Part shown: positions 21,356 to 31,703 of the stretch, one piece after another
How positions within the stretch are numbered: the first letter of the stretch is position 1
How the letters are laid out: every line of letters starts with the position of its first letter
NCBI GenBank assembly: GCA_033551855.1
Contig: JAWSUI010000031.1
Span: 1-45,996 of the forward strand
Reading direction: 5' to 3'
Length of the DNA stretch: 45,996 bases
Origin: Deferrisomatales bacterium
GTDB lineage: Bacteria; Desulfobacterota; Deferrisomatia; Deferrisomatales; JACRMM01
Program-made: the position numbers and the translations under genes
Notes under the pieces: generated by a model
Database searches by the model: none
The model's input: the letters and a program-made list of their open reading frames with translations, nothing else
Told to the model about the DNA's origin: nothing

Positions 21356-22741
21356 ATCGTACGGTTCGCTTCCCTCGGGCTCCAACTGGAGCGCACCCTC
21401 CGCCCCGCCCAACTCCTCACTCTCTCCTTCGGCGGGGTGATTCTCGTCGGTACCTTCCTGCTCATGACTCCCGCGGCCGCCGCCGGAGCGCCGCTCGGGT
21501 TCGTGGACGCCCTGTTCACCGCCACCTCGGCCACCTGCGTGACGGGGCTCGTGGTGGTCGACACCGGCACGGCCCTGTCCCCCTTCGGGCAGGCGGTGGT
21601 GCTCGTCCTGATCCAGGTCGGCGGCCTGGGGATCATGACCTACTCGAGCATCTTCCTGCTCGCCCTGGGGCGCCGCCTCTCCTTCCGGGGCGAGGCCCTC
21701 CTGGAGGACACGATCGGCCGCAGGGAGCGCACCTCCGTGGGGCAGCTCGTGCGGGACGTGGTCCTGTTCACCCTCGCCATCGAGGCCGTGGCGGCCCTGC
21801 TGCTCGCGGGGGCCTTCGCCCGCACCCTGCCGGCGGCGGAGGCCCTCTACCACGGGCTCTTCCACAGCGTCTCCGCCTTCTGCAACGCCGGCTTCTCCCT
21901 CTATTCCGCGAGCCTGACAGAGCATCGCGGGAGCTGGTGGGTGAACGGGACCGTGATCGGGCTCGTGACCCTGGGGGGGCTCGGGTTCGTCGTGTTGGAG
22001 GACCTGAAGGGTGCCTGGGCCGACTGGCGGGCGGGACGGGCGGTTCGCCTGCGGCTGCACTCCAAGGTCGTCTTGGCCGGGACCCTGGTCCTGACGGTCG
22101 CGGGCACGGCCGGGATCTGGCTCTTCGAGCGGGGCAACGCCCTGACCGGGCTTCCGCCGGGGGAGGCGCTGCTGGCCTGTCTCTTCCAGGCAGTAACCCC
22201 GCGCACGGCGGGTTTCAACACCCTGGACTACGCCGGCCTCACCCACACCACCCTCTTACTCACCCTGCTGCTCATGTTCGTGGGGGCGAACCCGGGGTCC
22301 TGCGGAGGGGGCATCAAGGTCACCACGGCAGCCCTGGTGGCCGCCCTGTTCCGCGACCGCCTGCTGGGGCGGCGCCGGATCAGCCTCTTCCGGCGCACCG
22401 TACCCGACCCCACCGTGGCCCGGGCCGTGACCATCCTGCTTGCCTCCTTCCTCTTCGCCACGGCAGCCGTCTTCGGCCTCCTGGCGCTCGAGGTGGGGCC
22501 CGTGCCCCACACTGCTGCCGGCGGGGCCTTTCTCGACTACTTCTTCGAGGTCGTCTCCGCCTTCGGCACCGTGGGACTCTCCACGGGGGTCACCCCCTCG
22601 CTCTCGCCGCCCGGACGGCTTCTCCTGACGGCCGTGATGTTCGCAGGCCGACTGGGCCCTCTGACCTTGGCCATGGCGGTGGGGATGCGCGAAGAGCGCG
22701 ACCGGGTCTCGTATGCCCAAGAAAATCTGATGGTGGGGTGA
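21356..22741 (+). CDS. KtrB/TrkH potassium uptake membrane subunit
   Basis: FTATSATCVTGL, SAFCNAGF, PRTAGF and SAFGTVGLS pore loops; probable ATC start at 21356 (first canonical start GTG at 21437). Confidence 0.92.
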   Translation: MVRFASLGLQLERTLRPAQLLTLSFGGVILVGTFLLMTPAAAAGAPLGFVDALFTATSATCVTGLVVVDTGTALSPFGQAVVLVLIQVGGLGIMTYSSIFLLALGRRLSFRGEALLEDTIGRRERTSVGQLVRDVVLFTLAIEAVAALLLAGAFARTLPAAEALYHGLFHSVSAFCNAGFSLYSASLTEHRGSWWVNGTVIGLVTLGGLGFVVLEDLKGAWADWRAGRAVRLRLHSKVVLAGTLVLTVAGTAGIWLFERGNALTGLPPGEALLACLFQAVTPRTAGFNTLDYAGLTHTTLLLTLLLMFVGANPGSCGGGIKVTTAALVAALFRDRLLGRRRISLFRRTVPDPTVARAVTILLASFLFATAAVFGLLALEVGPVPHTAAGGAFLDYFFEVVSAFGTVGLSTGVTPSLSPPGRLLLTAVMFAGRLGPLTLAMAVGMREERDRVSYAQENLMVG

Positions 22742-22745
22742 CGCG

Positions 22746-23399
22746 ATGCGGCACGTGGGAGTGATCGGGCTGGGAAACTTTGGGATGGGGCTCTCTCTGG
22801 AGCTCTCCCGACTGGGCCTGCGGGTCACGGCGGTGGACGCCAACCCCGAGAAGGCCCGGGACGCCCAGGCCCACGTGGCCCAGGCTCTCGTGGCCGACGC
22901 CACCGACGCCGCTGCGGTGGCGGCCCTCGGGGTGGAAAGGATGGCCGCGGTGGTGGTGAGCCTGGGTGGACACATGGAGACCTCGATCCTCGCGGTGCTC
23001 CACCTGTCCCGGCTCGGCGTTCCGGAGATCGTGGCCAAGGCCCTGGGGGAGGACCACGCGGAGATCCTGTCGCGGGTGGGGGCGACGCAGGTCGTCTTCC
23101 CGGAGAAGGACATGGCCCTGCGCCTCGCCCTGCGGCTCAGCTCCCAGACGGTGCTGGACTACCTGTCCCTCACCTCCGGGCTGAGCGTGGTGGAGCTCGC
23201 CCCCACCCGGGAGATGACGGGCAAGACCCTGGCGCAGCTCGCCCTGGGGAGAGAATCCGGGATCCAGGTGCTGGCCGTCCGGGAGCTCGTCCCCGACCGG
23301 GTGATCATCGCCCCTCGGGCCGAGCAGGTGGTCAAGGACAGCGACATCCTCGTCGTCATGGGCCCGGAAGAGCGGATCGCCCGGCTGAGGGAGGGGTGA
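22746..23399 (+). CDS. KtrA/TrkA RCK regulatory subunit
   Basis: IGLGNFG, VVFPEKDMA. Confidence 0.92.
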   Translation: MRHVGVIGLGNFGMGLSLELSRLGLRVTAVDANPEKARDAQAHVAQALVADATDAAAVAALGVERMAAVVVSLGGHMETSILAVLHLSRLGVPEIVAKALGEDHAEILSRVGATQVVFPEKDMALRLALRLSSQTVLDYLSLTSGLSVVELAPTREMTGKTLAQLALGRESGIQVLAVRELVPDRVIIAPRAEQVVKDSDILVVMGPEERIARLREG

Positions 23400-23400
23400 C

Positions 23401-24072
23401 ATGGTGCGCCGGCGGTTCGTCGTCGTCGGGCTGGGGAGCTTCGGTTACCACGTGGCCCGGGCGCTCTACGAGAGGGGGCAGGACGTGCTCGCCGTCGACC
23501 ACCACCGCCTGGCGGTGGAGGCCATCACCCCCCACTGCTCCCGCGCCCGGCAGGCCGACGCCGCGGACCGGGAGGCCCTGGAGGAAACGGGCGCCGGAGA
23601 GGCGGACGTCGCCATCGTGGGGTTGGGCACGCGCATCGACGCCTCGATCCTGGCGACCCTCTTCCTCAAGGAGCTCGGCGTGCCGGAGGTGGTCGCCAAG
23701 GCGGTTTCCCGCGACCACGCCCGCATCCTGCAGCACATCGGGGCCACCGAGGTGGTCCAGCCGGAACGGGAGATGGCGGCCCGCCTGGCGCAGCACATGG
23801 CCGAGCCCGACGTGCTGGAGCGGTTCCCGTTCCTGGAGGGCTACGCCCTGGTGGAGATTCGGGCGCCCCGCTCCCTCTGGGGCACGCCTCTCTCCGACTC
23901 CCGGCTGCGCCGGGAGCACCGGCTCTCGGTGGTGTTGCTCAAGCGAAGGGAGGGAGGCCGGGAGGTGGCGGTGCCCGCCCAGGGGGACACCGAGATCCGC
24001 GAGGGGGACATCCTGGTGGTGCTGGCCAAGGGGGAGGACGTGGACGCGTTTCGGCGGGGCCGGCCCGGGTAG
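23401..24072 (+). CDS. Second KtrA/TrkA RCK regulatory subunit
   Basis: VGLGSFG, LKELGV, VVQPEREMA. Confidence 0.92.
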   Translation: MVRRRFVVVGLGSFGYHVARALYERGQDVLAVDHHRLAVEAITPHCSRARQADAADREALEETGAGEADVAIVGLGTRIDASILATLFLKELGVPEVVAKAVSRDHARILQHIGATEVVQPEREMAARLAQHMAEPDVLERFPFLEGYALVEIRAPRSLWGTPLSDSRLRREHRLSVVLLKRREGGREVAVPAQGDTEIREGDILVVLAKGEDVDAFRRGRPG

Positions 24073-24119
24073 GTGCCCCGGGAGAACAGGGCCGCGCCCC
24101 AGCGGGGAGAACGTACCGC

Positions 24120-25064
24120 TCAGAGCCGTTCCGCCCGGAACGTCCCCACGAAGTCGGCCAGCCGCCCCACCCCCTGCCCCGCCAGGTACTGACCGATCCC
24201 CGCGGCGATCTCCTGGCCGGCCCAAGGCCGGACGAAGCTCACGGTCCCGATCTGCACCGCGCAGGCCCCGAGGCAGAGGAATTCCAGGGCGTCCCTCGCA
24301 TCCCAGATCCCCCCGAGCCCGATCACCGGCACGCTCACCTCCTGGAGCACCTCCCACGTCAGGCGCAGGGCGATGGGCTTCACCGCCGGTCCGGAGAGCC
24401 CGCCGGTCACGTTCGCCAGCGCCGGGCGGCGGCGGTCGAGGTCCACGGCCATGCCCGTGAGGGTGTTGATGAGGCTGAGGGCGTCGGCGCCGCCGTCCAC
24501 GGCGGCGCGCGCCAGGGGGCGGATGTCGGTGACGTTGGGGGAAAGTTTGACGATTACCGGCAGCTCCGTCGCGCGGCGCACGGCACGGACCACACCGCGG
24601 GTGAGCTCCGGGTTGGTCCCAAAGGCGATCCCGCCGGCCTTCACGTTCGGGCAGGAGATGTTCATCTCCAGCGCGGCCAGCCCCTCCAAGGCGGACAGGC
24701 GCTTCGCGCACTCCCGGTACTCGTCCTCGGTGTTGCCGAAGAAATTGGCGATCACGGGGACACCGAGTTCCCGCAGCACGGGCATCTTGTCCCGCTCGAA
24801 GGCCTCCACCCCCACGTTCTGGAGGCCGATGGCGTTGAGCATGCCCCCCCGGGTCTCCACGATTCGGGGGACGGGGTTGCCGGGTCGGGGGGCGAGGCTG
24901 AGGCCCTTCACCGCCACCGCGCCGAAGGCAGCCAGGTCCACGTAGGGCGCGAACTCCTCGCCATACCCAAATGTTCCGGAGGCCGCGATGACCGGGTTGC
25001 GCAGGGTGAGGGGCCCCACCGTCGCGGTGAGATCCACGGGGCAGGCGGGGGGGACTGAGGGCAT
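24120..25064 (-). CDS. pyrD: Dihydroorotate dehydrogenase, class 1B catalytic subunit
   Basis: ASGTFGYG, NISCPN, KLSPN, GGLSGPAVKP. Confidence 0.95.
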   Translation of the reverse strand: MPSVPPACPVDLTATVGPLTLRNPVIAASGTFGYGEEFAPYVDLAAFGAVAVKGLSLAPRPGNPVPRIVETRGGMLNAIGLQNVGVEAFERDKMPVLRELGVPVIANFFGNTEDEYRECAKRLSALEGLAALEMNISCPNVKAGGIAFGTNPELTRGVVRAVRRATELPVIVKLSPNVTDIRPLARAAVDGGADALSLINTLTGMAVDLDRRRPALANVTGGLSGPAVKPIALRLTWEVLQEVSVPVIGLGGIWDARDALEFLCLGACAVQIGTVSFVRPWAGQEIAAGIGQYLAGQGVGRLADFVGTFRAERL

Positions 25065-25169
25065 GAAACGCCTCGGCTGGCTCGGGAGCGGGGAGCCGGG
25101 ATTCTAGCGTCCTGCCGCGTCCCGAGGCAAGGGCGGCCCGGCGCCCGGTCCGGGGTCCCGGCCCACAGA

Positions 25170-25367
25170 ATCCACCACCACATTGTGGGGCGGAGTCCGG
25201 GAGCCCTGGAGTGCAGCCCCCCACCGCATCCACCGACTCGACGACGCCGGCGCAAGCGGGTGAAGCCCGGCGCACCGGGGACTGCCGGGACACCTCTTCG
25301 AATGGCCGCGGATTGGGGGGCGAAGCGCAGGGGCTCCCGGACTCCGCGTCCCAACCAGCCGGTGGAT
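25170..25367 (+). repeat. Repeat A, full-length copy (198 bp)
   Basis: ATCCACC/GGTGGAT termini; perfect 17-bp inverted arms GCGGAGTCCGGGAGCCC / GGGCTCCCGGACTCCGC. Confidence 0.9.
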
Positions 25368-25385
25368 GCTGGGCCCGATTCCCTC

Positions 25386-25414
25386 TTTACACCCCCCCAC
25401 TGCCCTGCTATAGT
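25386..25414 (+). promoter_or_regulatory. sigma70-like promoter of the rimP operon
   Basis: TTTACA-N17-TATAGT with extended -10 TG, 18 nt after the repeat A end. Confidence 0.75.
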
Positions 25415-25439
25415 CCCGCCCTTCGTCCGGGTTCGCAGC

Positions 25440-25465
25440 AAAAGTGGGTACCAACCCACTTTTTT
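25440..25465 (+). promoter_or_regulatory. rimP leader hairpin (attenuator-like)
   Basis: AAAAGTGGG-TACCAA-CCCACTTTTTT just before the rimP start. Confidence 0.75.
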
Positions 25466-25474
25466 CATTTCGAT

Positions 25475-25951
25475 ATGGAACGTGCCAAGACCATCCAGGC
25501 GATCGAAGCGGTTCTGCAGCCCGCCGTTGAAGGACTCGGCTACGAGCTCGTGGCGGTCCAGCTCAGGCCGGAAGGCGGCAGGCTCGTGCTGCGGCTGCTG
25601 GTGGACCGCCCCGGCGGCATCACCCTGAAGGAGTGCGCGGGGATCAGCCGGGAAGTGGGGCCCCACCTCGACGTGGCGGATCTGATCCCGTCGCGCTATT
25701 CGCTGGAGGTCTCGTCCCCCGGCATCCAGCGCCCCCTGGTCCGGCCGCAGGACTACCAGCGCTTCCGGGATGCGCGGATCGTCCTCAGGACCCGGGGGCC
25801 GGTGGACGGGCGCAAGACCTTTCGCGGGGTCAACCGGGGCCTGGACGAAGAGGGCCGCGTGGTGGTGGACGACCGGGACAGCGGCTGCCGGCACGCCATC
25901 CCCCTGGACAAGGTGCGGGAGGCGCACCTCGACCCGGAAATCCAGTTTTGA
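25475..25951 (+). CDS. rimP: Ribosome maturation factor RimP
   Basis: YSLEVSSPGIQRPL; upstream of nusA. Confidence 0.95.
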   Translation: MERAKTIQAIEAVLQPAVEGLGYELVAVQLRPEGGRLVLRLLVDRPGGITLKECAGISREVGPHLDVADLIPSRYSLEVSSPGIQRPLVRPQDYQRFRDARIVLRTRGPVDGRKTFRGVNRGLDEEGRVVVDDRDSGCRHAIPLDKVREAHLDPEIQF

Positions 25952-26000
25952 GCGGGAGCTTCGGCACGCCGGGCCTTCCCCCTTCGACGGACAGCGAGAC

Positions 26001-27353
26001 ATGAAAGACCTCAATCGAGTCATCGATCAGGTGGTACGAGAGAAGGGCATCGACCGGGAGATCCTCATCGACGCCCTGGAGCAGGCCATGGCCACGGCGG
26101 CCCGGAAGAAACTGGGCAGCCGCAATCTGGAGGCCCACTACGACGAGGAGGCGGGCCGGATCAACGTCTTCGAGTACATGACCGTCGTAGAGGAGGTCGA
26201 GGACTCCTACACCCAGATCAGCATCGAAGAGGCCCGGGAGAAATACGATCCCGGCTGCGAGCTCGGAGACGAGTTGGGCATCCCCGTGGAGCTCGGGGAC
26301 CTGAGCCGGATCATCGCCCAGGTCGCCAAGCAGGTGATCATACAGAAGGTTCGCGAGGCCGAGCGGGACATCGTCTACAGCGAGTTCATCGACCGCCGGG
26401 GAGAGGTCATCAACGGGATCGTCCAACGCATGGAGAAGGGAGACCTCATCGTCAACCTCGGGCGGACCGACGCCGTGCTGCCCCAGGGAGAGCAGATCCG
26501 GAGCGAGCACTACCGGCAAGGCGACCGGGTCCGCGCGCTGCTGCTGAAAGTGCAGAAGGAGAGCCGCGGCCCCCAGCTGATCCTGTCGCGGACCCACCCC
26601 GAGTTCGTGAAGAAGCTCTTCGAGCTGGAAGTGCCCGAGGTCAGGGAGGGGGTCGTGGAGATCAAGGCCTGCGCCCGGGAGCCCGGGGAACGGGCGAAGA
26701 TCGCGGTCATCTCCCACGATCCGGACGTGGACCCGGTCGGAGCGTGCATCGGGATGCGGGGCAGTCGGGTCCGGGGGGTGGTACAGGAGCTCCGGGGCGA
26801 GCGGGTCGACATCGTGGTGTGGAACGACGACCCCGCCATGTATGCCGTCAATGCCCTCTCGCCGGCCCAGATCTCCCGGGTCCTCATGGACGAGGAAGAG
26901 CACGTCATGAGCGTGATCGTGCCCGAGGAACAGCTCAGCCTCGCCATCGGTCGCCGAGGGCAGAACGTCAAACTGGGGGCGAAGCTCATGGGGTGGAAGC
27001 TCGACATCATCAGCGAGGAGGAGAGCCGGCGCCGGGAGGCGGAGAAGGGCAAGATCCTGCGGCTTCCCGGGATGGACCCCCTGAAGGTGTCCCGCTTGGG
27101 CCGGGCCGACGTCCATTCCCTGGAGACGCTGGCGAACGCATCCCCGTCGCTTCTTTCCGAGGTCCTCTCCCTCGGCGAGCCGGAGGCCGAGAGCCTTCGT
27201 TCTGCCGCCCGCGCCGCCTTCGAGGCCGAAGTGATGGCTGCTACGGGGGGCCAGGAGGCCGAAGACGTCGAAGGGGACGCCGACGCTCCGGCACCGGACG
27301 AGGAGCGCGGGGAGGAGACGACTTCGGGAGAGAGCCCCGGCAGCGAGCGCTGA
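26001..27353 (+). CDS. nusA: Transcription factor NusA
   Basis: [15 protein letters not shown]1/KH domains, [10 protein letters not shown]. Confidence 0.97.
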   Translation: MKDLNRVIDQVVREKGIDREILIDALEQAMATAARKKLGSRNLEAHYDEEAGRINVFEYMTVVEEVEDSYTQISIEEAREKYDPGCELGDELGIPVELGDLSRIIAQVAKQVIIQKVREAERDIVYSEFIDRRGEVINGIVQRMEKGDLIVNLGRTDAVLPQGEQIRSEHYRQGDRVRALLLKVQKESRGPQLILSRTHPEFVKKLFELEVPEVREGVVEIKACAREPGERAKIAVISHDPDVDPVGACIGMRGSRVRGVVQELRGERVDIVVWNDDPAMYAVNALSPAQISRVLMDEEEHVMSVIVPEEQLSLAIGRRGQNVKLGAKLMGWKLDIISEEESRRREAEKGKILRLPGMDPLKVSRLGRADVHSLETLANASPSLLSEVLSLGEPEAESLRSAARAAFEAEVMAATGGQEAEDVEGDADAPAPDEERGEETTSGESPGSER

Positions 27354-27456
27354 CCGGAGGAAAACGACGGGCCCGAGCCGGGCGAACACGGGCCGTGTAT
27401 CGGATGGGCGCAGGGACATCGTGGGCCCCTCCAGGACATCATCCAGGAAGAAGGGC

Positions 27457-29904
27457 ATGGCAAAGGTTCGAGTGTTTGAAGCGGCGAAAGACAGCGGCCA
27501 CGAGGTCCAGGACCTCCTGGCAGCGCTGACGAAGTTGGGGGTAAAGGTCCGCAGCCACCTGAGCCCGGTGGACGAAGAGGACATCCAGCAAGCCCTCAAG
27601 ACGCTGGGAGGCGCCCTCAAGGCGGCGCGAAAGGGCGTCGAGTCCGGCGAAGCCACCGCGAAGCCACAGCCCGTGGTCCGGAGGCGCCGCAAGGCCGCGG
27701 AGCCCGATGAAGTCTCGCCACAGGCGGAAACCCCCACGGCGGCACCCGAAACCGCGGAAGCGGCAGAGCCGGGCGCTGCAGGACCTGTTGCCGAGGAGCC
27801 CCGCCACGGGGCGGACGCGGCGCCCCTCGCCCCGGGCGCCGAGCCCGACGTGCCCGAGGCAGCCGCCGAAGGCGCGGCGGAGCCCGCCGAGGCTCCGGCC
27901 CCCGAAGCCAAGGAGACGCCCGAGCCTGCCAAGGACGAGTTCGGGCTGAAGGTGGTGCGCTTCATCCACCCGCCGCCGGAGGAAAGGGCCCCCGCGGCCG
28001 CCCCGGTGTACCACATGAACAAGCAGGAGCGGGAGGCCAGCCGGGCGGCCCGCAAGTCCAAGAAGAAGAAGGGCCGCCGGGAGGCCCCCATGGCCGCCAG
28101 GCCCGACCTCCTGCGCACCCCCCAACGCACCCAGATCACGGTTCCCAAGGCGAGCAAGCGCCGTATCCGGATCACCGAGGTGATCGCCCTCTCGGACCTC
28201 TCCCAGCGCATGGGGGTCAAGGCCACCGAGCTGATCAAGAAGCTCATGTCCCTGGGGGTCCTGGCCACGATCAACCAGACCGTGGACGCCGACACCGCCG
28301 CCCTGGTCGCCGCGGAATTCGGCTACGAGGTGGAGAACATCGCGGTCGCCGAGGAGGAGTTCCTGGCCCGCTCGGAGGATCGTCCCGAGGAGTTGGAGCA
28401 CCGGCCGCCGGTGGTCACGGTCATGGGCCACGTGGACCACGGAAAGACATCGCTCCTCGACGCGATCCGAAAGACCCGGGTCGCCGCGGGCGAGGCCGGC
28501 GGCATCACCCAGCACATCGGCGCCTATGCCGTGGAGACCTCCCGGGGCCCCCTGGTCTTCCTGGACACACCGGGTCACGAGGCCTTCACGGCGTTGCGGG
28601 CGCGCGGCGCGAAGCTCACGGACATCACGGTGCTCGTGGTCGCCGCCGACGACGGGATCATGCCCCAGACGGTGGAGGCGATCGACCACTCCAAGGCGGC
28701 CAAGGTGCCGATCATCGTGGCCGTCAACAAGATGGACAAACCGGAGGCCGACCCGGACCGGGTCAAGCGAGGCCTCACCGAGCAGGGCCTGGTTCCCGAG
28801 GACTGGGGGGGCGACGTCATCTGCGTGCCGGTCTCGGCCAAGCAGGGAATGGGGATCGACCAACTCCTCGAGATGATCGCCCTCCAGGCCGAGATCATGG
28901 AGCTGACGGCCAACCCCAAGAGGCCGGCCAGAGGCACCGTGATCGAGGCTCGTATCGACCGTGGCCGCGGGGCGGTGGCCACGGTCCTGGTCCAGGAGGG
29001 CACCCTCAAGGTCGGGGACATCCTGCTCGCGGGGATGTATTCCGGGCGCATCCGCTCGCTGACCAACGACCAGGGGAAGCGGGTCAAGGAGGCCGGGCCG
29101 AGCACGCCGGTGGAAGTCACAGGGATCGACGGCGTCCCCACGGCCGGAGAGGCTTTCCTGGTGGTGGACAGCGAGCGCGCGGCCCGCGAGGTCGCAGGGC
29201 GGCGGGCCGAGAAGAGCCGCGACGAGGAAATGGCGAAGGCCCGCAAGGTCACCCTGGCGGACCTCCATACCCGGATCTCGGAGGGCGAGATCAAAGAGCT
29301 CCCGGTCATCGTGAAGGCCGACGTCCAGGGCTCGGTGGAGGCGCTGGCCCAAGCCCTGGAGAAGATCGCCACCTCGGAGGTCAAGATCCGGGTGATCCAC
29401 GGCGCGGTGGGTGGCATCACCGAGAACGACGTGAACCTGGCCCATGCATCCCAGGCCATCGTCGTGGGGTTCAACGTGCGCCCCGAGGCCAAGGCGGCCG
29501 CCATCGCCGACCAGGCCGGCGTGGACGTGCGCCTGTACAGCGTCATCTACGACGCCACCGACGATCTCCGGAAGGCCCTCGGCGGGCTTCTCGCCCCGAC
29601 CCGCCAGGAGCGCGTCCTCGGGCGCACCGAGGTGCGCCAGATCTTCAAGATCCCGAAAGCGGGCACCGTCGCGGGGTGCTACGTCACCCAGGGCGTCGCC
29701 CAGCGCAACGCCCGCGTGCGCCTGCTGCGAGAGAGCGTGGTCATCTACACCGGAGAGCTCGCCAGCCTCAAGCGGTTCAAGGACGACGTCCGGGAAGTGC
29801 GGGAGGGGTTCGAGTGCGGCCTCTCGATTCAGAACTACAACGACGTCAAGGAAGGGGACGTGGTGGAGTTCTTCGTGATCGAGGAGATTGAGCGGACGCT
29901 GTAG
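27457..29904 (+). CDS. infB: Translation initiation factor IF-2
   Basis: [29 protein letters not shown]. Confidence 0.98.
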   Translation: MAKVRVFEAAKDSGHEVQDLLAALTKLGVKVRSHLSPVDEEDIQQALKTLGGALKAARKGVESGEATAKPQPVVRRRRKAAEPDEVSPQAETPTAAPETAEAAEPGAAGPVAEEPRHGADAAPLAPGAEPDVPEAAAEGAAEPAEAPAPEAKETPEPAKDEFGLKVVRFIHPPPEERAPAAAPVYHMNKQEREASRAARKSKKKKGRREAPMAARPDLLRTPQRTQITVPKASKRRIRITEVIALSDLSQRMGVKATELIKKLMSLGVLATINQTVDADTAALVAAEFGYEVENIAVAEEEFLARSEDRPEELEHRPPVVTVMGHVDHGKTSLLDAIRKTRVAAGEAGGITQHIGAYAVETSRGPLVFLDTPGHEAFTALRARGAKLTDITVLVVAADDGIMPQTVEAIDHSKAAKVPIIVAVNKMDKPEADPDRVKRGLTEQGLVPEDWGGDVICVPVSAKQGMGIDQLLEMIALQAEIMELTANPKRPARGTVIEARIDRGRGAVATVLVQEGTLKVGDILLAGMYSGRIRSLTNDQGKRVKEAGPSTPVEVTGIDGVPTAGEAFLVVDSERAAREVAGRRAEKSRDEEMAKARKVTLADLHTRISEGEIKELPVIVKADVQGSVEALAQALEKIATSEVKIRVIHGAVGGITENDVNLAHASQAIVVGFNVRPEAKAAAIADQAGVDVRLYSVIYDATDDLRKALGGLLAPTRQERVLGRTEVRQIFKIPKAGTVAGCYVTQGVAQRNARVRLLRESVVIYTGELASLKRFKDDVREVREGFECGLSIQNYNDVKEGDVVEFFVIEEIERTL

Positions 29905-29926
29905 GCAAAGGGGGCGGCGGAGCGCG

Positions 29927-30214
29927 ATGGTCGTGGGCGTGGCAACCGTTGATCTCTACCTGGAAGGGATTCACGGGCTGAAGGAGAAGCGCGGCATCGT
30001 CCGGCGTGTGCTGGAGCGCACCCGGCATCGCTTCCCGGTGAGCGTGGCCGAGGTCGACAGTCTGGACCTCCACCAGAAGGCCACGATCGGCTTCGCCGTG
30101 GTGAGCAACGACGCGCGCCTGGCCGACTCGATTCTCAACAAGGTCATCGATTACGTCGAAGAGCTCCACCTGGCCGAGATCACCCGGGCAGACCTGGAGA
30201 TTCTCCACGTCTGA
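29927..30214 (+). CDS. DUF503 (YlxP-like) protein
   Basis: LKEKR, VSVAEV; conserved position after infB. Confidence 0.88.
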   Translation: MVVGVATVDLYLEGIHGLKEKRGIVRRVLERTRHRFPVSVAEVDSLDLHQKATIGFAVVSNDARLADSILNKVIDYVEELHLAEITRADLEILHV

Positions 30215-30273
30215 GGGTCCGTGAAGGGATCGTCCCAGGCGGCGGGCGCGCGAGGCACCGGCGAGGACCGGCC

Positions 30274-30636
30274 ATGGACACCAAGAGAGCGCAGCGGGTG
30301 GCGGACAGCCTCCTCCACGAGGCGGCGCAGATCCTCCAGAAGGACGTCAAGGATCCCCGCATCGGCTTCGTCACCCTGACCGCCGCCAGGGTCTCCCCGG
30401 ACCTCCGGGCGGCGAAGATCTACTACACGGTCCTGGGCGCCGAAGAGCACCGCAAGGCGAGCGCCCAGGGACTGGCGAGCGCCCGGTCTTTCATCCGAAG
30501 GGAGCTGGGTCAGCGCCTGCGGCTCCGCGTGGTGCCCGACGTCCGCTTCGTGTACGACGACGCCCTGGCGCAAACGCTGCACGTGCAGGAGCTCCTCGAG
30601 GATCTCGCCCATGGATCGAAAGAAAGCGATCGCTGA
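30274..30636 (+). CDS. rbfA: Ribosome-binding factor A
   Basis: KDPRIGFVT, SPDL, LRVVP..FVYD. Confidence 0.95.
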   Translation: MDTKRAQRVADSLLHEAAQILQKDVKDPRIGFVTLTAARVSPDLRAAKIYYTVLGAEEHRKASAQGLASARSFIRRELGQRLRLRVVPDVRFVYDDALAQTLHVQELLEDLAHGSKESDR

Positions 30637-31612
30637 GGTTCGGCAGGCGCTCTTGGCGGGCCGCAGCTTCCTCCTCGTTTCCCACCAGAACCCCGACGGC
30701 GACGCCATCGGCTCGTGCCTGGCCTTGGCGGCCGGCCTCTCGGCCCTGGGCAAGCACTGCGACGTTCTCAGCGCGGACGGGGTGCCGACGAACCTCTCGT
30801 GGATGCCCCTGGCGGAGGGCGTGCAATTGACCCCTGCCGACGGAACGCATTACGACCGCGTGGTCCTCCTGGACTGCGGCAGCGCCGACCGGACCGGTTT
30901 CGGCGATGAGGTGTTCGCCCCGGGCCGCCTCGTGGTCAACATCGACCACCACCCCGGAAACGGCCACTTCGGGTCCGCCAACCTGGTGGACGCGGGAGCC
31001 TGCGCCACCGCGGAGCTCGTCTACGACGTGCTTCAAGCACTGCCCGCCCCCATCGGCTACGGCGCCGCCACCGCCATTTACACAGGGGTCCTCACGGACA
31101 CCGGGTGCTTCCGCTTCTCGAACACCAACTCCCGGGCCTTCGAGATCGCCTCTCGCATGGTCGGAAAGGGGGTCAATCCCTCCTGGGTCTCCCAGATGGT
31201 GTTCGATCAGCAACCCGTGGCCAGGCTGCGCCTGCTGAGCCGCGTCCTCGAGACCCTGGATCTCTCGCCCCGCGACAAGACGGCCTGTGCAGTGGCGACC
31301 CTGGCGATGCTCCGCGAGACCCAGACGGGCGTGGAGGACGTGGAGGGTTTCGTCAACTACCCCCGCTCCATCTGTGGGGTCGAGGTCGGCCTCCTCTTCC
31401 GTGAGGAGGCGCCCGGGCGCTACCGGATCGCCCTTCGCTCCAAGGGAAGGGTCGACGTCTCCAGGATCGCCCGGGAGTTGGGGGGCGGCGGGCATCACAA
31501 CGCCTCCGGCGCCACGGTGGAGGGGTGCCTGGAGGACCTCAAGCGCCGCCTCTTCGAGCGGGTCGAGGAAGCCCTCGACGAAGAGCTCTTGCACAGTCGA
31601 GAGACCGGCTGA
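30611..31612 (+). CDS. nrnA: DHH family oligoribonuclease/pAp phosphatase (NrnA-like)
   Basis: HQNPDGDAIGS, IDHH, DTGCF, GGGHHNASG. Confidence 0.88.
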   Translation: MDRKKAIAEVRQALLAGRSFLLVSHQNPDGDAIGSCLALAAGLSALGKHCDVLSADGVPTNLSWMPLAEGVQLTPADGTHYDRVVLLDCGSADRTGFGDEVFAPGRLVVNIDHHPGNGHFGSANLVDAGACATAELVYDVLQALPAPIGYGAATAIYTGVLTDTGCFRFSNTNSRAFEIASRMVGKGVNPSWVSQMVFDQQPVARLRLLSRVLETLDLSPRDKTACAVATLAMLRETQTGVEDVEGFVNYPRSICGVEVGLLFREEAPGRYRIALRSKGRVDVSRIARELGGGGHHNASGATVEGCLEDLKRRLFERVEEALDEELLHSRETG

Positions 31613-31703
31613 GGGCCCGTGAAGGAATCGTCGCGAGCAGACCGGAGTGCAAGGCGCGCGTGAGCGAACGACGAGACCTGTCCAGCAGATGGGCGAGGAG
31701 TGG

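Noticed and set aside
21312..21440. ATG-started 42-aa ORF before ktrB, or a frameshift in ktrB
   Set aside because: The ATG overlaps the -10 box and has no SD; the ktrB frame itself is open from 21356.
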